Assembly: GCF_000738915.1 (NCBI RefSeq)
Contig: NW_026515636.1
Span: 645,175 to 709,174 of the forward strand
Length of the DNA: 64,000 nucleotides
Direction: 5' to 3'
Source: Nematocida ausubeli
Lineage: Eukaryota
Part shown: one piece after another, positions 40,639 to 51,055 of the stretch
Layout of the letters: every line of letters begins with the position of its first letter
Position numbering within the stretch: the stretch's first letter is position 1
The notes under the pieces: generated by a model
The model's input: only the letters and a program-made list of their open reading frames with translations
Told to the model about the DNA's origin: nothing
Databases searched by the model: none
Position numbers and translations under genes: made by a program

Positions 40639-43638
40639 ATGGCCATTCTTAATATGAAGATACTCTCGTTTAAAACCTACAGAAAAGTAGAAAGCATTCC
40701 TTTTTCGCCGTTTACATGTATTGTGGGACCAAATGGCGTAGGAAAGAGTAATTTGGTTGATGCACTATTATTTGTGCTGGGTGCAAGTCCGCATGAAATT
40801 CGAGGAAGTCTCCCTGCCAGAGACTGTCCGCCCCCAACACAGATTGAAATTTCCTTCCGGAATAGAAATGGAGCCATTATCATTCTAAAGAGAGAGCTTG
40901 TTAATGAGATATCTGCCTTTTACATAGACGGCATGAAGGTGTCTTTTTCTGAGTATGCAGCGTACCTGGAAAGCCATAATATTTCAACAACACACAGGAA
41001 CTTTCTTATCTCGCAGAATGAAGCACTGATAAAATCTCCAAAGGAACTATCTAGATTCATTGATGCAATATCAGGCTCATCTGCCTATAAAGAGATCTAC
41101 AAAGAACTGAAGGACCAGAAGGATCTCCTTACAAAGGAATATAGGGAGGTTTTAGAGAGAAAAAGGGCTGCAGAAATATCTGTTAAGGCGTATGAAGAAG
41201 TGGTAGATATGCAAAACAGACACCGTACACTCATTGCAAGAAGAAGGACTTTGGCGAGTTCAAAGATAAAAAAGAGAAGGGCACATGTGCAAGAAGTAAG
41301 AAAAGGCCTAGTATCCAGGCTTAGCACAATTAAAGGAAAGGAGAACAGTGAGTCATTGCAAGGCCTTCATAAGGAAATAGCAGTGACTCAGGCAGCTCTT
41401 ATTAAGTGCAGAGCAATTAAGGCAGGAATTGAGCACAGAAAGGAAAATAAAAACCGAGAAGCACAAAGGACACACAGTGCAGATGAAAAAGAGACAGAAT
41501 TGCAGAAAGTGAAGGAGCAAATAAGTGAAGCAAGAGCACAGATTGATGACTGTGAATGGCGGATTAAAAAGACTGAAGAACTTTCCCAAACATATCCTGG
41601 GTGGAATGAAAAGTACCAAAGGGATGTTTTAGTCCAGGCACTCACACAGATCCAAAGAGTAGAAGATTCAAAGAGTATTTTGCAAATGAAAATTCAGTTG
41701 GAAGAGATAAGAAGGGAGATAAAGGAGACAGTGCAGAAGGAAAGAGAGCAAAAGAGCATAGAAGATAGTGAAGCAGGAAGCACTCATTTGGCTCATCTAA
41801 ACCAAAGTCTTTTGGAGACTCTAAAAGAACTCTCCAGTAGAGTAGCACACAGCAGGGATGCAGATTATAGTTCACGGCTGGGATATCTTGTCTCCAGAAT
41901 TAAGGGAAGCATTCCGCAGATTGTTGGGAGACTGGGTGATCTTGTTAGTTGCACAGACTCAGCATACCAAACAGCCATTAATGCACTGATACATGCAAAA
42001 AGAAATATCGTTGTAATAGAGCAAGAGAAGCACGCACTTCCAATTCTTAATGGACTGTCACAGTCTGGGGCTGGCAGAGTGACTATTCTGCCTATTAATC
42101 GACTTAGTTCAAGCACTCCCAAGCATCCTTGTAGTGAGAAGGAAAATGAAGATGGTTCTTTCTATTCAGAGAGTGATACTCCAGTAGGATATATCAGATG
42201 CAGTGATGTAATTAGACTAGTGCCTTGTGTGAAATGTGATTCAAGCAGGCTTATTAATTATATATGTGGAAGATCACTTATATATCTTGGCACTGGGTCT
42301 CCTAGTTATACTGCAGAGAAGGTTGTCACTCTGGATGGAGTAATTATCTCTAAAGAGGGAATGGTCCGGCGAGTTGATGTGCATGGCTCTGAGAGTGCAG
42401 TCAGGGGTTTGGAAGAGAAAAGAGATAGGCTCCTTGAAGAGATAAAAATGGAAACGCAGGCGCAGAAGACAGCACAGAGAGAGAAGATTTCTGATGAAAA
42501 AAGTGAAGCAGTAGAAGCACTTGAGAAGAAGTATATAGAAGCAAAGACAGAATTATCACAGGCAGAGGCTGAAATAAAGGAGCAGATCGACAAGATAGTA
42601 GCTAACTCTCAAATACCACACAGCATAATCAAGCAGGCAAAGGAAGAGGGAGTAATTGACTCTTCATCAGCGCATAGAAAGGCAGAGCAAATAAAAAAGA
42701 AAGAACTCTCCTGGAGAAATAGACTGGATGTTCTCACTCAGACACTAAGCAGACTGGAAAAAATACCAACTACCTTGGAAGTAAGCACAGAAGAAAGCAC
42801 AGAAGGCATAGACCAAGATATAATGGGATTAGAGCAGAAACTAGCAGAACTATCAGGAAAGATAGAGCCATCTGCAGAGATAGAAGTAAAGGTGATTAAG
42901 GAGCAGATTCTTGTGCTGGATGATGAGATCGAAGAGATAGAGCAATACATGGCAGAAGAGGGCTTGTCTGAAGAGACAATCAATGAAGCACCAGACTCAG
43001 TCGATGAAGATGACTTGGAGAAGCTTGAAAGAGAAATTGCAAGTCTAGCAGGATTTCTCTCAAAAAAAGGAGTTGTCTCAGAGACACACCAGATGTATGC
43101 CCAGCTGGAAAAAGAAGCAGAAGAGAAGAAGAATATGCTATCTGAAGTAACCAAAGAATTTCAGAAAGTAAGAAAGGAGAGAACCTCTCTCTTCCTTAGT
43201 GTATTTGACAGAATAAATACACTAATTAATCAGCACTATGCCAGGCTCACAGAGAATCCTGCAGGACATGTTCGTGCGCATCTGGGGCTTGAGAACTCAT
43301 TAGAGCCGTACCTGGCAGGAATACAGATATTTGTGATGCCGACAGGAAAAACATTCAGAGAGGCTAAGTATCTGTCTGGTGGAGAGAAAACAATGGTTGC
43401 TTTGTCTTTGCTGCTTGCTGTGAATTCCATATACCCTTCACTCTTCTACATATTCGATGAGCTTGATGCTGCACTGGATAAAGACAAAATATGCTCTCTT
43501 AGGGAATCACTGCAAGAAATAAACGCGCAGTTTATTGCGGTCACCCACAGAATTGAGCTATTTGAAAATGCAGATACTCTAATAGGGGTTGCCCGCCCAC
43601 CAAAAGGCCACTCCCAGATATTCTCTCTTAAGCTTTAG
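40639..43638 (+). CDS. SMC1: Cohesin SMC1-like ATPase
   Basis: FKTY, FTCIVGPNGVGKSNLVDA..FVLG, RNFLI.Q, hinge GRLGDL...GRVTILP, EPYLAGI...MPTGKTFR...LSGGEKT, FDELDAALD. Confidence 0.88.
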   Translation: MAILNMKILSFKTYRKVESIPFSPFTCIVGPNGVGKSNLVDALLFVLGASPHEIRGSLPARDCPPPTQIEISFRNRNGAIIILKRELVNEISAFYIDGMKVSFSEYAAYLESHNISTTHRNFLISQNEALIKSPKELSRFIDAISGSSAYKEIYKELKDQKDLLTKEYREVLERKRAAEISVKAYEEVVDMQNRHRTLIARRRTLASSKIKKRRAHVQEVRKGLVSRLSTIKGKENSESLQGLHKEIAVTQAALIKCRAIKAGIEHRKENKNREAQRTHSADEKETELQKVKEQISEARAQIDDCEWRIKKTEELSQTYPGWNEKYQRDVLVQALTQIQRVEDSKSILQMKIQLEEIRREIKETVQKEREQKSIEDSEAGSTHLAHLNQSLLETLKELSSRVAHSRDADYSSRLGYLVSRIKGSIPQIVGRLGDLVSCTDSAYQTAINALIHAKRNIVVIEQEKHALPILNGLSQSGAGRVTILPINRLSSSTPKHPCSEKENEDGSFYSESDTPVGYIRCSDVIRLVPCVKCDSSRLINYICGRSLIYLGTGSPSYTAEKVVTLDGVIISKEGMVRRVDVHGSESAVRGLEEKRDRLLEEIKMETQAQKTAQREKISDEKSEAVEALEKKYIEAKTELSQAEAEIKEQIDKIVANSQIPHSIIKQAKEEGVIDSSSAHRKAEQIKKKELSWRNRLDVLTQTLSRLEKIPTTLEVSTEESTEGIDQDIMGLEQKLAELSGKIEPSAEIEVKVIKEQILVLDDEIEEIEQYMAEEGLSEETINEAPDSVDEDDLEKLEREIASLAGFLSKKGVVSETHQMYAQLEKEAEEKKNMLSEVTKEFQKVRKERTSLFLSVFDRINTLINQHYARLTENPAGHVRAHLGLENSLEPYLAGIQIFVMPTGKTFREAKYLSGGEKTMVALSLLLAVNSIYPSLFYIFDELDAALDKDKICSLRESLQEINAQFIAVTHRIELFENADTLIGVARPPKGHSQIFSLKL

Positions 43639-44000
43639 ACTAGATTTACACATCTAGCAGAAATAATATTACATATTACAGCCTGCACTGCTTTGAACTG
43701 CATGACTAGACAACAATGGATGTATTGGATATATTAGTCAGAATATGTTCACTCTGCCATTTCTATTTAGGCAGTTTTATAAATACTTATAATCAAATGC
43801 AAATATCCGTTTTTCTTATCTAAATTATCTAAAATGCGCTTTATAAGCACTCAGATACTTTTGTGCAGAAGTGCCTCAGCAAAAGAATTCAATGAGTCTT
43901 TCATTCTTTATATCTGGCATAAATAAATCAAGTGAACAGCCTTGTTCTCTCTAGCTTGTAGTAAGTCTATAGAAGAAATCTGAAATATGAAAAATACCAT

Positions 44001-44041
44001 ATATCGGGTTATTCAGGTTATATCGGGTTATTTTGGGTTAT
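44001..44041 (+). repeat. Telomere-like array (G-strand) x4
   Basis: atatcgggtt attcaggtt atatcgggtt attttgggtt at. Confidence 0.93.
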
Positions 44042-44352
44042 GCTTAAACAACTATTTACGGAATATTCTAGTGCCTTTCTTGCAGACTCAATCGATCTAG
44101 TATAAAGTGCAGTCTCTTGCATGCACAATAAATCAGAAAATAAATGCTAAATATATCATAATTCACCAATTAAATTGAACTATTCTAAATTAGTAAGAGT
44201 GAAAGAATAAACTTATTTTACAGTTTCCTACATGCACTGGGCACCTGCATATTAATTGTCTCTTTTCACTTGTTAATTTGACTATTCCAGGCTATCCCAG
44301 TGCCTCTGTATAAAAATATTAATAATTGCACCCACTGCAAAAAGAAAGAGAA

Positions 44353-46359
44353 ATGGAATACGGCAGAGACAGACCATACGAAATAGGATTAGTGAATGAC
44401 GAAAATACATTGACAGATGATCAGGTAAAAGCATTATTTAATGAGTTTATTGATACATTTAGAATAGGAGAGGACTACATATACAGAGAAGAACTAGCAA
44501 AGAATGAGAAGTTGTTGAGGGTTACTGTAGAGCACATGAGTATATTCGATACAAGATTATTTGAGAGTGTAATGAGCAGACCTCTTCACTATCTGGAAAT
44601 ATTCCGGGGCTCAGTCAATGCCTCTGGGAAGAAAGAAAGACACATTGAAATTGTCTCGCAGTCAACTGTTACGCCAATAAGAAAACTTGACTCTGCTCAC
44701 ATAAACAAAATATCCACAGTCCGTGGAATAGTTCTATCTGTGTCCAGTGTGTGCTCCAAGCTACTTGCACTGTACATATTCTGTAGGACCTGCCTAAACT
44801 CAAAGGTTGTGAAGGATATGCTCCCAAGGAAGTGCGAGTCATGCAGTGGTACGGACAGCTTTGTGGCATCGCCAGAGAAAAGTATTCTGCAGGATATTCA
44901 GTACATAAAAATACAAGAAGCATTTGAGGACTTGCCAACAGGAGAAATAGCCAGGCACCTTATGATAACTGCAGCAGATGGACTAGTGGACAGAGTTATT
45001 CCTGGGTCTTCTGTTACGATAACGGGCGTGTACTCTGTTGGAAATACGAAAATGAATATTCCTTACATAAAGGCCATGGGTATCTCAGTGTGCGAGCAGC
45101 AGATGGGAGTGCTTTCTGCACAAAGAGCAGTAAGGAAGGTGCAGAAGAAGTTCACTAGTCTCTCCCGCTCAATAATTCTGAATAGCATATCCCCTGAGGT
45201 ATTTGGTCACAAGGATGTGAAACTGGCCCTGGCGTGTGCTCTATTCGGCGGTATACAGAAGTCATTTGAGGATGGAATTCGGGTGAGAGGTGATATTAAT
45301 GTGCTTCTCTTGGGAGACCCAGGAATCGCAAAAAGTCAGTTGCTGAAGTTTCTCTCCGGTGTGTCCACCCGAGGTGTGTACACAAGTGGAAAGGGAGCAA
45401 GTGCAGCAGGTCTTACTGCGACTGTGTGTAAGGACAGGCTTGGAAACTTCTATCTAGAGGGGGGTGCTTTGGTTTTGGCTGATGGCGGGCTCTGCTGCAT
45501 TGATGAGTTTGACAAAATGCAGGAGAAGGACAGAGTGGCCATACACGAGGCCATGGAGCAGCAGACTATCTCCATCTCAAAGGCAGGAATTGTCACGTCG
45601 CTTAACTCAAGATGCGCTGTAGTCGCAGCTGCTAACCCGATATTCGGAAGGTATGATGAGAATAAGGCACCTGGTGAGAACATTGACTTTGGCGTAACCA
45701 TTTTATCAAGGTTTGATCTGATATTCGTTATCAAGGACTCCATGACATCAGATAAAAAGATTGCAGAGCACGTGATAGGCAGGTTTATGAATAAGAACCA
45801 GGAGATAGATGGGCATAATATTATGCAGCACCTATCAATAGAAGAACTTAAGGATTACGCAGAATATGCGAGAACAATCAACCCAGTGATAGAGGATGAA
45901 GCAGCACAAAGACTCCGGGCATTCTACATACAGACAAGAAAAACAGCACATGCCTCCCGGGAGTCAGGAAATGGAAGTGTGCCTATTACAGTGCGTCAGC
46001 TAGAGGCAATTGCAAGAATCAGTGAGGCACTTGCAAGAATGGAGCTGGAGAGCGTGGTGACAACTGAGCACGTTGAAGAAGCAATCAGACTCTTCACAGA
46101 AAGTACGATGAAAGCCGTTGCCATGGGGCATTATGTGGAGGGCATGCCCAGACAGGAATGGATCCGAGAATTCTCGCAGGTTGAAGCAGCCATAAAAGTC
46201 TGCCTTCCAGTTGGCCTTTCCAAGCCGTACAGACACTTGGTCAAGGAGCTCTGCAGGAACTACAACGAAGGAGTTGTCATGCGCTGTCTGGATGGTCTGA
46301 TTCGAAAGGAAAAGCTGTGTGTGGCAAATGGCGGAAAAACAATATTAAGAATGCCATAA
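44353..46359 (+). CDS. MCM5: DNA replication licensing factor MCM5
   Basis: PTGEIARH, RGDINVLLLGDPGIAKSQLLKF, GKGASAAGLTA, FYLEGGALVLADGG, DRVAIHEAMEQQTISI, PITVRQLEA. ATG at 44353. Confidence 0.93.
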   Translation: MEYGRDRPYEIGLVNDENTLTDDQVKALFNEFIDTFRIGEDYIYREELAKNEKLLRVTVEHMSIFDTRLFESVMSRPLHYLEIFRGSVNASGKKERHIEIVSQSTVTPIRKLDSAHINKISTVRGIVLSVSSVCSKLLALYIFCRTCLNSKVVKDMLPRKCESCSGTDSFVASPEKSILQDIQYIKIQEAFEDLPTGEIARHLMITAADGLVDRVIPGSSVTITGVYSVGNTKMNIPYIKAMGISVCEQQMGVLSAQRAVRKVQKKFTSLSRSIILNSISPEVFGHKDVKLALACALFGGIQKSFEDGIRVRGDINVLLLGDPGIAKSQLLKFLSGVSTRGVYTSGKGASAAGLTATVCKDRLGNFYLEGGALVLADGGLCCIDEFDKMQEKDRVAIHEAMEQQTISISKAGIVTSLNSRCAVVAAANPIFGRYDENKAPGENIDFGVTILSRFDLIFVIKDSMTSDKKIAEHVIGRFMNKNQEIDGHNIMQHLSIEELKDYAEYARTINPVIEDEAAQRLRAFYIQTRKTAHASRESGNGSVPITVRQLEAIARISEALARMELESVVTTEHVEEAIRLFTESTMKAVAMGHYVEGMPRQEWIREFSQVEAAIKVCLPVGLSKPYRHLVKELCRNYNEGVVMRCLDGLIRKEKLCVANGGKTILRMP

Positions 46360-46715
46360 TGCAGCTGTAAGAAAAATAGCTCAGTCACCTTATACGCCAC
46401 GCACTCTTAATAAACACACATGTTGCATGCTCTGGGTAGCATATGACCGCGTGGTCTAATTTCATTTGGATAATCTGCAGAAATAAAAGTGTTCCAGTAT
46501 GCAAATTGTACGAAGCTTTAAATCCACCATAAAGAAGAAGTAAAGGCATACTTATTAAAGAAATAATAAAATGGCAAATCCCTTTGGATATTTATCTTTC
46601 CATAGTAGACCTTCTGTTTATTACTTTCTTATTGCATCTTTGATTGGAGTAATCTATACGCAGACTCCAAAACTAAAGATGTAACAAGAAAGGTAGATAC
46701 GGGTTATTTTCATGG

Positions 46716-47031
46716 TTTCATGTACTGTTTACTGTTAATATATTTATTACTGTTTTCATGTACTGTTTACTGTTATATTCAGATTTTTAATGAAAATATA
46801 TCTATTGAATTATTCTTGCTTAACTAATAATTAAATTCTTGTCTCTTGGGGAATTTCAGAAAATTCTTTGCATAGTGAAGAGGTAATTTCTTACAAAACT
46901 AAAATAGAAAAAACACTATTATGTCTGGGTTACACGAAATACTCGTTATAAAAACAAGTTATATCTTTGTTCAAACGTATTAAAGCAATAAACCCCTACT
47001 CCAGGTTATATTCGGGTTATTCGGGTTATTC
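46716..47031 (+). repeat. Dispersed repeat family C, copy 2, capped by a telomere-like array
   Basis: Homologous to 30465-30758. Ends CCTACTCC then AGGTTATATTCGGGTTATTCGGGTTATTC (47003-47031). Confidence 0.9.
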
Positions 47032-47164
47032 ATGCATCATGCTCCATGCATCATATTCTCTACAAAATGACTATTCTGATAAATGAATTGATTTCATGCA
47101 TCTTCTGCACAGAAAATACTTTTACTACTCTAACTGTATATTTATTTAATCTATCTATACTCTT

Positions 47165-48457
47165 CTATGGCATGTTCCCCTTTTTGTACTCTGTTGGTAT
47201 TCCGGAATACCCCTCTATTAGATCATCATTTGCCTCTTCTACGGTGGATTCTATCGTTATTCCAGATACTTTTTTAAGATATTCTCCAGTCTGGAAGTAC
47301 TTCTTTGCTTGCTCTGCAGTGCATACTTCGTCCTTGGACAGTCGAAGGGCATTCATTGTGCTGGTTATTTGCAAAAGAGATGTACTTCCGGTCTCTGAGG
47401 CTGTTTGTGTTTCAGTTTTCTTCTTTATCTCTTCGGATATCCCATGCTTTGCTACTTCTAGATTTGTCGAGTACCGCCCATCCCACTCTTCTCTGAATGC
47501 CATGAGCAAGTCAAATGGCCGCAGGGCAATAATGTTCTCTTCAAATCTAAAGCTAGAGAAAGGACACTGTATCACTATAAAGGCATCCACACCCACAAAA
47601 TTCCCTAGCTTATTTGGCTTCAGCCCATTGATGTAGAAGTGATAGAACTTCTTGTTGTTCATATCTAGATATTTTGATACAAGATCAATTAGATCCATGT
47701 GGTCCCCTGAAGTAAACACGATTCCTATTTTGCTTGCACTCTTTAGGATATCAATATTTGCCATTTTTGCAACTAGTGCTCGGGTCTTTCTTACTTCAAG
47801 TGTTTTTGCGTCTTCTTTGATTTTCTTCAGCAGCTCAAGCCTCTGTGTAAGAAGCTTCTCTTCAATTAGAATACAACTGTAATTGTCTACAAAATAATCA
47901 ATGAATCCACGGTCCTCTGAGAGAACAATAATTATGCTTCTTTCTTCTGCCTGCGAGTACTTCCACTCTTTTACTTCTCTGCCTAGTACTCTTCCTAAAT
48001 ATTCTTGAATTTTTTCGTACGCATGAATGTATTTTACATCAATAGCCAGATATATTTCACATTCTGGCGGGAAATAGGGAGTATCTGTAGTTAGTGAAGA
48101 TGCATCTAAATCTACAGATATATTGCACTCTGTGATGTACTGAATCACTTTGTAACTGTCTGTTATCTTTTTGCTTCTTGATAGGTTTAGCAAAGGACAA
48201 GAAAATGATCTTTTTATGATGCACTTCACTTGTGCATGCTGCACGGCCACCCAGTCAATGCAGCATCTGTCTGAGTCTGCTAGAATGTGCGACTCTATCT
48301 TGTGCTGCAGCAGCATTCTGCTTATATCACGCCCTGTGCTGTAACTATTTTTTGCCACTTGTATTCCTACTTTTTCTTGTGGAATGTCATCCAGCCACTC
48401 CCCGTGACATTTATCTGCGCAGGCAGTTTTGACTTCATTACTAAGAAAGTATTTCAT
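47165..48457 (-). CDS. DPH2: Diphthamide biosynthesis protein 2
   Basis: ILADS..CCID.VA.QH, KL.NF..VDAF...QCP, and C-terminal EGYSGIP.EY, typical of DPH2. Confidence 0.85.
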   Translation of the reverse strand: MKYFLSNEVKTACADKCHGEWLDDIPQEKVGIQVAKNSYSTGRDISRMLLQHKIESHILADSDRCCIDWVAVQHAQVKCIIKRSFSCPLLNLSRSKKITDSYKVIQYITECNISVDLDASSLTTDTPYFPPECEIYLAIDVKYIHAYEKIQEYLGRVLGREVKEWKYSQAEERSIIIVLSEDRGFIDYFVDNYSCILIEEKLLTQRLELLKKIKEDAKTLEVRKTRALVAKMANIDILKSASKIGIVFTSGDHMDLIDLVSKYLDMNNKKFYHFYINGLKPNKLGNFVGVDAFIVIQCPFSSFRFEENIIALRPFDLLMAFREEWDGRYSTNLEVAKHGISEEIKKKTETQTASETGSTSLLQITSTMNALRLSKDEVCTAEQAKKYFQTGEYLKKVSGITIESTVEEANDDLIEGYSGIPTEYKKGNMP

Positions 48458-48486
48458 TACTTGAGTGGGTAAATTTTTTACATATT

Positions 48487-49935
48487 ATGAAAGCCAAAAG
48501 ACTTTCTATTTTCCATAATGGAGACAGCCAGGATGGATACCTTATGGAAACACAGAATACCTCTCTTCTTTTTGACCCGCCTTCAGTGATTTTAGACAAA
48601 AACATTGAAATAGGCAGCATTTTAGACCGAAAGTACATTGAAATTGAAGTAATCAAAGAATACCCTCCAAACATAGCTGGAATCTTCATTACAAATAGCA
48701 ATGCACTTTCTGTATTTTTTATTGAAAGCAATGTAACAATATACCTAACTGACTATATATATTTGCAGATGAAAGAAAGACTAAAGTACTATAGGTCCCT
48801 AGGCCCAGTCAGCCAGTGCACATCTGCCCCGCAGGCACATACAAAGATAGTTTCTGTAGCAGAGTACAAGGACATTTCAAAAAGGATTAAGATCATTCGG
48901 AATAACCAAATAATTAACTTCACATATCTATCCATTACTGCACGTGCTGCAGGAACATCTCTTGGGTGGGTAATGTATGATATTGCACAAGGCAGAGAGA
49001 AAATATGTGCATACACATACGGTATTCCCGGAGGAAGTTCTCTTTCGCATGAAATGAAGCCACAGAATCAGCCAACTCCTCTATTTGTCAACCAGTTTCG
49101 AGCTGCGAATGCACTGACTATTCAGGATTTATCAAAGGCAGTTACCACTCTATCAAATAGCAAAGAGTCTTTTGTGATTACAATGGACGTGCTGTCTCAT
49201 TCAGTAGAAATGGCTCTTCATATTCTCAGCTTAGTCAAGACAAGAAATATATACGTGGTGCACCCAGGATTCAAGCGCATTATGCAGCTGTACGAAATGA
49301 AGAGAGACGTCTTTGCTGAGAAGTTTGTTTCTGAGCCCTCTATTATATCTACTCTCTTTACCACGCCAAGGCTCAAGCCATCAAGCCTATTCAAAGCATC
49401 CAAGGCCATGGCGAGTGAGAGCATAATTATTCTGTGCGAGCCAACCTTCTACAAACTATTCTATAAATCTATGCCTGTCATTCATCTTTCAGACTACGGC
49501 ATAAAATTCACAGGCTGCATGGAAGATGCACTGAAGCTGCCATGGATATCCCAGCTCTGTCTTAACAAGCTAAAGAAAGATTGTGCCATAGAAGAGAAGA
49601 TTAGTGTCCCAGTTGAAGATGTCACGGAAGAGGGCCTGCTTATAGCCGAGAGTGCATTGTTCAGCATACACCTGCATAACACGCATAATATTAATGTGGT
49701 TTCCAAGAGTAAGGAGGGCCTTTCACTGCACTTTGCAGGGGACTTCAAGAAAGATTTAATAGGACTTTCATTGGATTGTAAAGAGTCAAAACTGCAGAAT
49801 ATACTGTCCCACAATGCAGCAAGCCGACTTGTAGTTAATAGTACTTTGGTTTGTCCAGTTGAAGATGCAGTTTTCAAGATAAAGGAAGAGGGTGGGATTG
49901 TTTCTGTAAAGAAAGAGCAGCTTCCAAGAAATTAA
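48487..49935 (+). CDS. Catalytically inactive metallo-beta-lactamase/beta-CASP protein, INTS9-like (CPSF100 as alternative)
   Basis: LLFD, GIFITN (cf. INTS9 VILISN), TIYLT, ITARAAGTSLG (cf. VTPLSSGYALG), STLFTTPRLK (cf. AELIQTNKLK). No HxHxDH. Confidence 0.6.
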   Translation: MKAKRLSIFHNGDSQDGYLMETQNTSLLFDPPSVILDKNIEIGSILDRKYIEIEVIKEYPPNIAGIFITNSNALSVFFIESNVTIYLTDYIYLQMKERLKYYRSLGPVSQCTSAPQAHTKIVSVAEYKDISKRIKIIRNNQIINFTYLSITARAAGTSLGWVMYDIAQGREKICAYTYGIPGGSSLSHEMKPQNQPTPLFVNQFRAANALTIQDLSKAVTTLSNSKESFVITMDVLSHSVEMALHILSLVKTRNIYVVHPGFKRIMQLYEMKRDVFAEKFVSEPSIISTLFTTPRLKPSSLFKASKAMASESIIILCEPTFYKLFYKSMPVIHLSDYGIKFTGCMEDALKLPWISQLCLNKLKKDCAIEEKISVPVEDVTEEGLLIAESALFSIHLHNTHNINVVSKSKEGLSLHFAGDFKKDLIGLSLDCKESKLQNILSHNAASRLVVNSTLVCPVEDAVFKIKEEGGIVSVKKEQLPRN

Positions 49936-50127
49936 TAAAACCAAAATATTTCTGTGTGCAGTTGTTTTATACTTTTAATATCTTTAGTATATTTAGTATC
50001 TTTATATTATTCTGAGTCCATTCGGTGTTACAAAAACATATATATAAGTAGGTTATATTTGTTCTATCTTCTTTTCTATTTACTTGCAATATACTGCAAG
50101 CCATTAAGAAAAAAGAGAGTTTTAATA

Positions 50128-50483
50128 AATATAACCCGATATAACCCGAATAGAAGTGTTCTACAGCACTTTATTATTTTAGAAACTGTTGTCGATTAGA
50201 AAACTAAAGATGAAAATTTATTTAAAACTAGTAGTAGTAGAGAGAGTGTGACAACAAAAAATAAGAAAGAATTTCTTATTTAGCCACATGGAATAATATA
50301 ACCCGATATAACCCGAATAGAAGTGTTCTACAGCACTTTATTATTTTAGAAACTGTTGTCGATTAGAAAACTAAAGATGAAAATTTATTTAAAACTAGTA
50401 GTAGTAGAGAGAGTGTGACAACAAAAAATAAGAAAGAATTTCTTATTTAGCCACATGGAATAATATAACCCGATATAACCCGA
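50128..50483 (+). repeat. Tandem duplication, 167-bp period, delimited by (ATATAACCCG)2
   Basis: ataacccgat begins at 50131, 50298 and 50465. The two intervening units read identical by eye. Confidence 0.95.
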
Positions 50484-51055
50484 GTGTGCTTAGTGCCAGA
50501 TTATCGCATAGAATACTTGAGGCTTAAAATCTTAACTGCCACAGTAAACCATTAACACAACCCGAAACCATTTATTAACTGTGAATGAAATCCTTCAGAT
50601 TTACATACTAGCTGTATTTTCTCTGAAATAATATACTTGGCCGTACTAAACTTATTTGTAATTTATGCCTTGCCCTCCATGCGTAGGCCTAAAGCCAATA
50701 GCCTATTATTAATACGTATTTATTGGAAGCACAATATAACTAAAAATAGTCAGAAGAATTAATTAATTAAATTTAAGCACAAACAACAATTGCTTCCCAT
50801 AGTGCATTAGTGTACAATTTAAAACAATATACATCCATATTACTAGCCTAGATATGAGATTTTGCACAAAAAAGACAGAAAATCAATAGATATCCTACAG
50901 GTTTTAAATAGAAATAACGAAAATATATGAATATTCAGGGGATGTGGTAGATTTCCAGATTATATTAAAATGGTTTAGTCTTAAATGTGTTAATAAACCA
51001 CTAGTTTTTTTAATTATAAAAATTAATGCATAAATACTCAAAAATAAAAATAATT

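Noticed and set aside
46780..47002. Family C as a decayed LINE reverse transcriptase (plus-strand ...FKRIKAIN.YS)
   Set aside because: Only a few residues resemble RTE-type RT. Frames on both strands contain stops and cannot be assigned without BLASTX.
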